From assembly GCA_052387675.1 (NCBI GenBank), contig JBQTIY010000001.1, positions 160,227-224,226 on the forward strand: 64,000 nt of DNA, written 5' to 3'. The notes under the pieces are model-generated. The model made no database searches. It saw nothing but the letters and a program-made list of their open reading frames with translations, and was not told the origin of the DNA. Within the stretch, counting starts at the first letter, position 1, and every line of letters starts with the position of its first letter. The position numbers were made by a program, and so were the translations under genes. Of the stretch, positions 8,362 to 19,226 are shown piece by piece. Origin of the DNA: Planctomycetota bacterium. GTDB lineage: Bacteria; Planctomycetota; B15-G4.

Positions 8362-9365
8362 CGATTCACCAGGTAGGCGAAGACCGAGCCGAGGTCGTCG
8401 TCGAGCGGTTCGATGGAGTGCAGCTCGAGGCGCTCACCAGCCCCCGGACTCGTCGCCGCTGCGCCCGCGGCGGCGGTCGTGACGAAGCGCTGGAGCACGC
8501 GGCAGAGTGTGTCGGGCTGCATAGTCTCGACAATGAGCGCCTGCGGCTGCAGCGTGAGCGCGGTGAGCAGGTTCTCTTGCTCGAGCAGCCGGCGCGCCAG
8601 GCCGCGCGGGTCGGGCGTGCCGAGTCGGATGCGGCGCGCATGCTTCTCAAGCAGGTCGCGGATGTCGGGCACGGTGCCCTCGGCCAGCACCTGGCCGTGG
8701 TGCAAGAGCACGATCGAGTCGGTCATGGCCTCGACTTCGTGCAGCACGTGGCTGCTCACCAGCACGGTGACGCCCTCATCGCCGAGCTCGCGCACGATGC
8801 GGATGAAGTCGCGCCGCATGACCGGATCAAGGCCGGTGAGCGGCTCGTCCAGCACGAGCACGTCGGGGTCGTGCAGCAGCGCCTGGGCCAGTTTCAGCCG
8901 CTGACGCATGCCCTTGCTGAAGCCGCCCGTGCGCCGATCGGCGGCGTCGGCGAGCCCGACGTGCTGCAGGCACTCGGCGGCCCGTCGCCCGGCCTCGGCG
9001 CCGACAAAGCCGCGCAGTTGCGCCTGGTCCACGAGAAAGCGCCGCGCGGGAAGGTCTTCGTAGAGGCCGTCGCCGTCGGGCACAAAACCGATGCGCGCCA
9101 GCGAAGGCAGATGGTTGCGCACCGGCACGCCGTCGAGCAGCACGCGGCCGGCGTCGTCGCGGCCGCGGCTCACGCCACTGCCCGCTGACGCCATGCCGGT
9201 GATGAGCCGGATGAGTGTGGACTTGCCCGCTCCGTTGGGGCCGAGCAGGCCGGTGACACCCGGGCCGATCGTGAGCTGCACGGCGTCGAGGGCCAGCACG
9301 TCGCCATACCAGCGCGAGGCCTTCTCCACCGTGATCGTGGCGGGTGCGCGGCGCGCGGCGCTCAT
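8358..9365 (-). CDS. ABC transporter ATP-binding protein
   Basis: Internal start MSAARRAPATITVEKASRWYG at 9365 (the ORF-track upstream extension is spurious). Walker A GPNGAGKST, signature FSKGMRQRL, Walker B VLVLDEPLTGLD, H-loop SSHVL. The start overlaps the upstream permease stop (9362-9365). Confidence 0.9.
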   Translation of the reverse strand: MSAARRAPATITVEKASRWYGDVLALDAVQLTIGPGVTGLLGPNGAGKSTLIRLITGMASAGSGVSRGRDDAGRVLLDGVPVRNHLPSLARIGFVPDGDGLYEDLPARRFLVDQAQLRGFVGAEAGRRAAECLQHVGLADAADRRTGGFSKGMRQRLKLAQALLHDPDVLVLDEPLTGLDPVMRRDFIRIVRELGDEGVTVLVSSHVLHEVEAMTDSIVLLHHGQVLAEGTVPDIRDLLEKHARRIRLGTPDPRGLARRLLEQENLLTALTLQPQALIVETMQPDTLCRVLQRFVTTAAAGAAATSPGAGERLELHSIEPLDDDLGSVFAYLVNR

Positions 9366-10284
9366 GCCACCACCTCCACCGGGCGCACGCGGCGCAGCAT
9401 GACCGGCACGCAGAGCGCGACCCAGCCCAGGAGCACCAGCGCGCTCTGCCAGACGGGCACGTGCTTGCTGATGTTCGAGGCGCTGCCCATGATCCACGCG
9501 CCGACCTGCTGCACGTTGAAGCCGATCTTGAGTAGCGAGAAGCGTTCGTTGCCGAAGACCTCGATGAGAATGTTGGAGGCCACGAACTCCAGCATCACGA
9601 CGACCGCGATCCAGAGGATGGCGGCGTTGCGCGCGCGCGAAGCCAGCGCCGAGGCCGTGACGATGAGCAGCGAGGGCACCGCGACCCAGATGGCGCCGGC
9701 CAGAATCGTGCGCCCGAGCAATTCGATGAGTGCCAGCGCCTCGCCGGGCTGGCCCCACGACAAGCTCAGCCCAATGAGAATGAGCACGGCGGCCGGGATG
9801 ACCGTGACCGCCGCGAGGAAGGTGCCGATGATGGCCAGCTTGCCGAGCAGGTACTGGCGCACCGTGACCGGCCGGCTGAGGTAGAGCTCGAGCGCGTTGG
9901 CGCGGCGGTCTTCGGCGATGAGGCCCGAGCCGAGCAGCACGCAGCCCAGCAGCACGAAGGGCCACTGGAAAAGGAACATGTAGCTGAAGGCATTGTCGGG
10001 ACTCGCCGCCAGCATCTCGGCGAACTCCGGCTCTTGCAGCGCGCTGGCCAGCCCTACCGGAAACTTGTCCGCGTTGGCGAGCACGTAGGCGCGCACGTAG
10101 AGCGCGCCGGCCATGAAAATGAAGGGCCCGTAGGCAGCGAGCAGCAAGAGCAGGGCGGGGAGCTTCTTGCGAAACAGGATGGTGATGCCGCGACGCAGGC
10201 CGGCGCTCCACAGCACGGACACAGCCGGCACGGTGCCGTCGCGACTGCCGGTCCAGCGCGAGTAGCTGCGATCGTGAATGACCA

Positions 10285-10285
<1 letters not shown>
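9362..10285 (-). CDS. ABC-2 family transporter permease
   Basis: 307 aa, multiple TM helices; the start codon shares position 10285 with the stop of the upstream ATPase gene. Confidence 0.65.
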
Positions 10286-11208
<923 letters not shown>

Positions 11209-11242
11209 GCGGCGCGTCTCAGGCGACGACTCACGCGGTGAC

Positions 11243-11506
11243 TCATGCCGCGGCCCGGCGGCGTGCGCCGAACAGGGCCCAGAGGCTGGCGATGCACCAG
11301 AAGCCCTCGAGCGCGACGAAGACCCATTCGTCGATCACCGCGGAGTAGGCCGCGAGCAGCCCGCTGCCCAGCACGTTGGCGAGCAGGTAGCGCTGCGAGT
11401 CGGGACGGCAGCGGCCGCGCTGATTCACGAGGTAGGCGCCGACGAGCAGCAGGAAGCCCGCGATGGAGAGGACTCGCCAGGCGGAGTCAGAAATCATCGG
11501 CGGCAT
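11243..11506 (-). CDS. Small membrane protein (about 87 aa) heading the tandem ABC-2 exporter operon
   Basis: MPPMISDSAWRVLSIAGFLLLVGAYLVNQ...WVFVALEGFWCIASLWALFGA gives two hydrophobic helices; the start is chosen at the internal ATG (ORF-track start 11563). Confidence 0.4.
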   Translation of the reverse strand: MPPMISDSAWRVLSIAGFLLLVGAYLVNQRGRCRPDSQRYLLANVLGSGLLAAYSAVIDEWVFVALEGFWCIASLWALFGARRRAAA

Positions 11507-11598
11507 CGTAGCGGTGCCAGAGGGCCCGGTACACAGTTGCGCCCCCGCTGAAGGCCGCGCCACAGGGCCGGCTCAGATCGCGGTACAGTCTCCCGGGC

Positions 11599-12963
11599 AT
11601 GGCCGACCCCCTGCGTATCGGCGTCATCGGCTGCGGCGAGATCCTGCGCACGCATCTGTGGGGCTATTGGTCGATCGGGCGCGCCGAGCAGGAGTCGCTG
11701 CGAGTCGTGGCGCTGTGCGACCGCAGCCGCAGCCAGGCCGAGCGCTACGTGGGCCGCTTCCTGCGCGGCTCGCCGCCGGAGGAGGGCGCCTTCAACGTCG
11801 CGCCGCGACGGCGCCGCTACAAGGCCGGGCTCATCGGACTGGCCGACTTGCCGCAGGGCAATGCGCCGGTGGCGGTTCACGAAGTGTGGCAAGAACTTGT
11901 CGCTCGCGACGACCTGGATCTCGTGGTCATCTTGCTGCCGCCGGCCTTGCACGCCGACGTGGCCGAGGCGGCGCTGCGTGCCGGCAAGCATGTCTTCGTG
12001 GAAAAGCCGCTGGCGCTCAGCGTGAGCGAGGCGCGGCGCGTCTGTGCGGCGGCCGGCGAGGGTCGACGCCATTGCGCGGTGGGCCTCAACTATCGCTTCG
12101 ACGGCGCCGTGCGCGCGGCGCAGTGGCTGCTGAGTTCGGGGCGGCTCGGTGCGCCGCGCCTCTTTCACTCGCTCACGCTGCGCGCGCCCGGACACCGCCG
12201 CGAGGCGGCCACGCGCAGCCAGGCTCTCGTGCAGAAAGTGCGCGACTGGGCCGCCTTCCATCGGGGCAAGCCCGCGGGCCACGCGCCCGGCGCCGAGTGG
12301 CGCTACGTCGCCGAGGAAATCGGCTCGGGCGAACTCGTTGAGAACGGCATCCACCTGCTCGACCTGGGCCGCGCCCTGCTCGGCGAGATCGATCGCGTGA
12401 GCGGCCAGCTTGGGCGCCTGCAGCCGCTTCAGTTGCGCGGCCCCGACGGCAGCGAGCAATCCTGCGCCGTGCCAGACACCTTTCAGACGCTGCTGCGCTT
12501 TCGGAGCGGGGTGCGCGGAATGGTGGCCGTCTCCTCCGGAGTTTGGGGCGAGGCCAGCAGTGCGCGCGAGAACTTCCGGCTCTACGGCGATGAGGGCTGC
12601 GTGACACAGGAGAGCTTCACCGGGCGGGATGGCCGGCCGGAGGATCCCTGGACGCTGCTGCACGCCGGCGCGCCGGCCGAGCTGCTCGAGCGCTGGTTTC
12701 CGGGCGGGCTGAGCCATCGCTTCGGGCTGCAGACGCTCGACTTGCTGCGCGCGATCCGCGGCTCAGGGCGCGCGCCGGAAGTCGATGCGCGCGAGGGGCT
12801 GCACTCTCTGGCGGCCTGCGACGCCGTCGCCAAGTCCGACCTCCTCGGCCGCGAAGTCGCGCTTTCGGAAGTGCTGAATGAACGCCCGGCGGTCGCTTCG
12901 GCGGCGGCTTCGACCGTGGCTTCGACGGCGAAGCGGGCTGCGGCTCAGGGCGCGGGCGACTAG
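11599..12963 (+). CDS. Gfo/Idh/MocA family NAD(P)-dependent oxidoreductase
   Basis: N-terminal LRIGVIGCGEILRTHLWGY Rossmann motif, and AGKHVFVEKPLALSVSEARRV (the EKP motif of the Gfo/Idh/MocA family). Confidence 0.85.
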   Translation: MADPLRIGVIGCGEILRTHLWGYWSIGRAEQESLRVVALCDRSRSQAERYVGRFLRGSPPEEGAFNVAPRRRRYKAGLIGLADLPQGNAPVAVHEVWQELVARDDLDLVVILLPPALHADVAEAALRAGKHVFVEKPLALSVSEARRVCAAAGEGRRHCAVGLNYRFDGAVRAAQWLLSSGRLGAPRLFHSLTLRAPGHRREAATRSQALVQKVRDWAAFHRGKPAGHAPGAEWRYVAEEIGSGELVENGIHLLDLGRALLGEIDRVSGQLGRLQPLQLRGPDGSEQSCAVPDTFQTLLRFRSGVRGMVAVSSGVWGEASSARENFRLYGDEGCVTQESFTGRDGRPEDPWTLLHAGAPAELLERWFPGGLSHRFGLQTLDLLRAIRGSGRAPEVDAREGLHSLAACDAVAKSDLLGREVALSEVLNERPAVASAAASTVASTAKRAAAQGAGD

Positions 12964-13048
12964 AGACGCGCTTGCCGTGCCGCGCGACGCGCGCGCAGCC
13001 TCCCGTCGGCACTGGCAGCGCGGGGCCGCCGACGCCATCATGGGCGGC

Positions 13049-14511
<1,463 letters not shown>

Positions 14512-14515
<4 letters not shown>

Positions 14516-14742
14516 CGGACGCTTCGCCCAGCCCCGCCGCGCCCGACGACAGCGCGCCCGACGACGGCTACCGCACGCAATCGCCCGACACCAGCCGCGA
14601 GATCGAGCAGTTGCAGATCCTGCGCTGGCGCGCCATGTCGCCCAGCGAGAAGCTGGCCGAGTTCGAAGACATGTGCCGCGCTGCCGAGGTCCTCAGCGCC
14701 ATGGGAAAGCAGCTCCGACGCACGACTCGGCATGAGCACTGA
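14512..14742 (+). CDS. Small alpha-helical protein (76 aa), putative partner (antitoxin-like) of the downstream AbiEii-like NTase
   Basis: The ATG overlaps the cysS TGA (ATGA at 14512-14515), and its stop overlaps the NTase start by 11 nt. It shares weak similarity and spacing (P-x6-F-x7-E-x5-G) with the small protein at 25668-25862. Confidence 0.45.
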
Positions 14743-15358
14743 GCCCTCAAGCGCCGAGTCCGCGAGCGCAGAGCATTCACCCAATGTCATTGCGGCAATG
14801 CAGGCCGTGGCTGCCGTGCTCGACTCCGCGCAAGTCCGCTACGCCTTTACCGGATCACTCTCCAGCAGCCTGCACGGCGAAGTCCGCACGACCCGCGACG
14901 TCGATGTCCTCATCGAGCTTCCCCCGGCCGCAGTCGAGCGGCTCCTGAAGGCTCTCCGGCAGGACTTCTACGTGCCCGAGACGACCGCCCGGCAGGCGAT
15001 TGCTGCAGGCTCATCCTTCAACGTGATTCACCTTGGCAGCCAAGTGAAGGTGGACATCTATCCGCTGCAGCGGCGTTCGCCCGAACACGATCAGCTCTCT
15101 CGGCGCGTCGCGGTCAGTTCGCCGGGCGACCCGCAGCGACAATTGTGGTTCACCTCCGCTGAGACGTCGATCCTCAGCAAGCTGACTTGGTACCAGAAGG
15201 GTGGACTCGTCTCGGGCCAGCAGTGGCGCGATGTGCTCGGCGTGCTCAAAGTGCAGGCCGAGCGCCTTGATCGCGACTATCTGGAGCGCACCGCTGCGGC
15301 GCTGGGGCTCACCGAACTGCTGCACCGCGCGCTCATCGAGTCGGGCCTCAGACCCTGA
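14732..15358 (+). CDS. Short AbiEii-like (DUF1814-like) nucleotidyltransferase-fold protein, putative toxin/abortive-infection effector
   Basis: 208 aa. The Pol-beta NTase motif [26 protein letters not shown] (hG[GS]...RxTxDhDh) and a C-terminal K...RD motif region; paralogous to 25130-25717. Confidence 0.65.
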   Translation: MSTEPSSAESASAEHSPNVIAAMQAVAAVLDSAQVRYAFTGSLSSSLHGEVRTTRDVDVLIELPPAAVERLLKALRQDFYVPETTARQAIAAGSSFNVIHLGSQVKVDIYPLQRRSPEHDQLSRRVAVSSPGDPQRQLWFTSAETSILSKLTWYQKGGLVSGQQWRDVLGVLKVQAERLDRDYLERTAAALGLTELLHRALIESGLRP

Positions 15359-18300
15359 GTCGCGACAGCCCCGCGAGCGCGCGCCACGGGCCGCGCCGCA
15401 AGCTGGTGAGCGGCGTGTCGCGCCAGCGGCGCGTCTTCTCCACGATCGCGTCCACGAACATGTCTTCAAGGCCGTCGGTCAGCGGGTAAGCGCCGCGGCC
15501 CTCGTGGACTGAGCAGAGCAGGCGCGCCAACCCGACGCGCTTGAGCTCGGGCATGAGCGTGGTGACGGTGTCGCTGGGCCGCACCGGGCCGAGCAGTTCG
15601 GACTCGTCGGCGCTGAGCATCGCGGTCAAGGCGCCGGCGCTGCCCGGTGCGGCTAGGCGAAAGCCCCGGCAGCGGCCGCCCTCGACGATGAGCTGCAGCC
15701 GCGCGCGGACCTGTGCGGGGGCCACGCCGGCCACGCCGGCCCCGCCCTCGGCGTGCTCGCCATCCACGAGAGCGCCGCGCTCGCCGACCAGCGCCCAGCG
15801 CCCGCGCGCAAAGTCTCGCGGCTCATGGATCTCGGCTTGCAGGCCCCCGGCAAAGCTCAACTCCACGATGCGGGCGCCGCCGGCGGTCCGGCGGCGGGCT
15901 GAAAGCAGGCGAGTCGGCGTCCCAACTGGCGCCCCAAGTGGGGCCCCCACGGGCGCCCCGCCCCGCGCCAGGACGCGGGCCAGTGCCACGGCGTGGTAAC
16001 GCCAGGCCGAGCGATCAATGACCACACGCTGGAGCCGGCCTAGGTCTGGCCCAGCCTCAGACTCGGGTCTCGGACCGGGCTTCGGACCGAGCTTTGGGCC
16101 GCGAAGTCCCGGCGCAGATGACCCTCCAGCTCCCGCATCCGCGCTGCCGTCCACTGTGACAACGTTGTTGTCCAAACCCGCCGAGGAGGCCCCGGTCCGG
16201 ACAGCGTTGTTGTCCAGACTCCCGTCCGTGGTGAAGGCTCGGAGCGCCAGACCGAGCCAGGGGAGTGTGGCTGTGTCCTCGGCCACCCACACGTGGCGGT
16301 AGACGCGCAGCCGGCGCGCGTGCCGCAAGTGCTTGAGCAGCAAGACCGGCGTGTCCAGGATCAGGTCCACGCGGCGCGGATCGAAGGCGCCGCTGCGGGC
16401 CAGTTCAGCCAGCCGCGCGAGCACGCCGGGCACCGCCTCCTTGGTGACGGCGCAGTACAGCAAGTCCACGCCGGCCAGTGTTTTCGCGTCGAGGGCGTCG
16501 AAGGCTCGCACGGCGAGTTCGCGGCCGCCAATCGAGAGGCTGCGCGCCCGCCGCGCGCAGACGCCGGCGAGGACGAAGCGGTCCTCGAGCCACAGCAAGG
16601 TCGGCAGCACGTCCTCCTGCACGCGCCGGCCGGCCCCCAGCACGAGCACGCGGCGCGCGTCGGGCCGGGGCTGACGTCGCGGCGGTGGCTTGGTGCCGAG
16701 TGCCGACGGCGCGGCTTCCTCGTCGTGCGCGGCCGGCGGCAGGCCCAGGCGCTGGCGCAAGTGGCGCGCCAGCCGGATCGAAAGCGCGGCGATTGTGAAG
16801 GTGGGATTGGCGCAACCACTTGTGGGGAAGACAGATCCGCCGGCGAGGTAAACGTTGTTGGTTGAGTGGACGCGGAGCGACGGATCCACCACCGAGGTGG
16901 CCGGGTCGGTGCCCATGCGCGTCGTGCCGAGGTGATGGCTGGCATCCTGGTCGATGGGCCAGCCGCGCACCCCGCCTGCGGCGCTCCGAGAATTCGCCGC
17001 GCCAGCCGCGCCGCCCAAGCCAGAGGGCTCCGTGAGATGGGCCGCTAGGTCGGTGCGCAACTCGCCGAATCCGTTGCGGCGCAGATCCTCGGCCAGCGCC
17101 TCATGCAGGGCGAGCAGTGAGCGGCGGTCCCGCTCGGAGGACTCATGCCGCACGAGCGGCAGGCGCTGCCCATAGGCGTCGCGTTCCTCGGCCAACTGCA
17201 CCCGGTTCTCGGCGCGCGGCTCCATCTCCAAGAAGTTGCGCAGGCGGACGGCACGCACGGTCGGCGAGCGCCCCTCGCGCAGGCGCGCGGCCACGTAACG
17301 GGCAACCATCGGCGCGTGCCGCAGCACGAGCCCGGCCAACTTGACCCAGTCCCACGCCGACTTGCGCTCGTTTTGCAGGTCGGAGTCGTCCCCGCTTTCG
17401 GAATAGTCACGCATGGCGACAACGCGGTCTTGGCGCGCCGCCTTCCAGCGCCGGAAGAGGCCGCCGCTGCGCTTGACCAGAAAGACGAAGGCCTCGACGC
17501 CGCGATTGTCCGACCAGGGGAAGAGCGGTTCGAAGCGCACGTAGCAGTTGAGCAGGCCGCGCGCGCGCTGCTCGGACTCGGACAGCCGCAGCCCGGCGTA
17601 CCCGGCGTAGCCCTTGTGCAGGCAGCCGAAGTGGTAAGGCAAGTCGCGCACCGGGCGCGCAAGCTGGATCACGCCGCCGTAGTTCTTGGGGTGGTTCATC
17701 AGCCAGCGGCCGACTTGGTCGTGCTCGTTGCCGAGGCCGGCGGCGCAGAGATCGGTGGAATTCAGCAGCAGGCGCGCGTTCTCGAGGCCGCCGGTGGCCA
17801 GCACGAAGTAGCGCGCGCGCAGCGCGAGCTGCCGGCCCCCGCGCGTCCGCACGATGGCTTGGCGAATGGCGGGCGCCGCCGGCGGCGCGGCCAGCGCGGC
17901 GGTTGGGCCCGGCGCGGCGGGCTGCGCGAGGGGCGAAGCTTCGAGGCGCAGCACGGTGGCGTCGAGCCACAGATCGACGGCGGGCCCTTCGCAGAGCTCG
18001 CGCAGTTCGCGCCCAAAGTTTTGCGGCTCGGCGCAGGCCATGAAGATCTTCTCTTCCATGCGCTGCCAGGCGAGTTGCGCATCGCCGCGCGCCTTGAGAG
18101 CGCCGAAGCCTTGGGCCCCGAAATGCGCCAGCGGAGCGAAGCGATAGCGCGCGGCGGCGCGCGCCCAGTCGGCCAGCAGCTCCTCGCGGGAAATCGGCCA
18201 GGCGGCGTGCGGCGGCAGCACGGCGCGCGGCAGCAGATCGATCGGATCGAGCGGCGCGCTGAGTCCCGCCCAGGTTGTGGAGGCGCCGCCGAGCACGCGC

Positions 18301-18590
18301 TCGCGCGAGTAGTCCTTGATGGTGATGCCCTCGCTGCGCACGGCGCGGAGCGCATCGGCGTGCGAGGTGACGCGCTGGCGGCCGCTCTCCAAGACGCAGA
18401 TCCGCAGCGCGGGCCGCGAGGCGTCGCCGGACGAGCCGGAAGAGTTGGCCGAGTTGGCCGAGCCGTGCGCGCCGGGCGCGCCGGGCGCCGCAAGTTCAGC
18501 GGCGAGGATGAGGCCGGCGGGCCCCGATCCCACGATGCAGACGTCGTACTCCGGGAGTTCGCCGTCCGTCGTGTTGAGGTCGCGGATCAT
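15348..18590 (-). CDS. Fusion protein: N-terminal GMC-family FAD oxidoreductase (about 620 aa) + low-complexity linker + C-terminal Rossmann-fold Gfo/Idh/MocA-like domain (about 330 aa)
   Basis: N-terminal [13 protein letters not shown] (FAD GxGxxG) and C-terminal GMC motif [52 protein letters not shown]. After a P/G-rich linker: [36 protein letters not shown] (NAD-binding-like). A single uninterrupted 1080-codon ORF. Confidence 0.75.
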   Translation of the reverse strand: MIRDLNTTDGELPEYDVCIVGSGPAGLILAAELAAPGAPGAHGSANSANSSGSSGDASRPALRICVLESGRQRVTSHADALRAVRSEGITIKDYSRERVLGGASTTWAGLSAPLDPIDLLPRAVLPPHAAWPISREELLADWARAAARYRFAPLAHFGAQGFGALKARGDAQLAWQRMEEKIFMACAEPQNFGRELRELCEGPAVDLWLDATVLRLEASPLAQPAAPGPTAALAAPPAAPAIRQAIVRTRGGRQLALRARYFVLATGGLENARLLLNSTDLCAAGLGNEHDQVGRWLMNHPKNYGGVIQLARPVRDLPYHFGCLHKGYAGYAGLRLSESEQRARGLLNCYVRFEPLFPWSDNRGVEAFVFLVKRSGGLFRRWKAARQDRVVAMRDYSESGDDSDLQNERKSAWDWVKLAGLVLRHAPMVARYVAARLREGRSPTVRAVRLRNFLEMEPRAENRVQLAEERDAYGQRLPLVRHESSERDRRSLLALHEALAEDLRRNGFGELRTDLAAHLTEPSGLGGAAGAANSRSAAGGVRGWPIDQDASHHLGTTRMGTDPATSVVDPSLRVHSTNNVYLAGGSVFPTSGCANPTFTIAALSIRLARHLRQRLGLPPAAHDEEAAPSALGTKPPPRRQPRPDARRVLVLGAGRRVQEDVLPTLLWLEDRFVLAGVCARRARSLSIGGRELAVRAFDALDAKTLAGVDLLYCAVTKEAVPGVLARLAELARSGAFDPRRVDLILDTPVLLLKHLRHARRLRVYRHVWVAEDTATLPWLGLALRAFTTDGSLDNNAVRTGASSAGLDNNVVTVDGSADAGAGGSSAPGLRGPKLGPKPGPRPESEAGPDLGRLQRVVIDRSAWRYHAVALARVLARGGAPVGAPLGAPVGTPTRLLSARRRTAGGARIVELSFAGGLQAEIHEPRDFARGRWALVGERGALVDGEHAEGGAGVAGVAPAQVRARLQLIVEGGRCRGFRLAAPGSAGALTAMLSADESELLGPVRPSDTVTTLMPELKRVGLARLLCSVHEGRGAYPLTDGLEDMFVDAIVEKTRRWRDTPLTSLRRGPWRALAGLSRLRV

Positions 18591-18616
18591 GGCAGCGACC
18601 GCGATCCTACCGGGCG

Positions 18617-19156
18617 CTACTCCTGGCGCTGCGAAGGATCTCGGGAGCGCGAAGAGTCGGGGCCGGGCGCCGAATCCTGGACCGCGCCAGGTTCAGCGCC
18701 GGATTCGCCGCCGGAATCGGCGCCGGATTCGAGGGCGGGTGCGCCATCGGCCGCGCCATCGGCCGCGCCACCGGGCTCGCGGCCTGCCGCGGCGGCGGCC
18801 TCTTCGGCGAGGCGCTTGGCCTCCAGTTCCTCAAGCAGGCTGAGCATCTGGCTCTCCCGCTCGATGGACTCGTCGTAGGTGAAGCGCAGTTCGGGCAGGA
18901 TGCGCAGATTCATCGAGGGGCCGAGCAGATCGCGGATGTGCGAGGAGGCGTCTTGCAGCGCGCGATCCGTGGTGCGCCGCTGCGCCGGCGTGCCCAGCAC
19001 GGTGAACTTCACGGTGGCCACGCGCCGGTCGCCCGACAGCTCCACGCCGGTGATCGTCACGAAGCCCAGGCGCGGATCGTTCAGCCGCTCCAGCACGAGC
19101 ACGGCGATCTTCTCCTGCAGCAGCGCTTCCACGCGATGAACGCGATTCCAGCTCAT
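18617..19156 (-). CDS. rbfA: Ribosome-binding factor A with an extended acidic G/A/S-rich C-terminal tail
   Basis: The N-terminal 110 aa (RVEALLQEKIAVLVLERLNDPRLGFVTITGVELSGDRRVATV...) matches RbfA; the position after infB is canonical. Confidence 0.9.
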   Translation of the reverse strand: MSWNRVHRVEALLQEKIAVLVLERLNDPRLGFVTITGVELSGDRRVATVKFTVLGTPAQRRTTDRALQDASSHIRDLLGPSMNLRILPELRFTYDESIERESQMLSLLEELEAKRLAEEAAAAAGREPGGAADGAADGAPALESGADSGGESGAEPGAVQDSAPGPDSSRSRDPSQRQE

Positions 19157-19226
19157 GGCGGGCTCTCCAACAGGACGGTAGGGCGCAAAGCCTCAGGGCG
19201 CGCGGCGTCGCGCGTCCGGCCGGACG

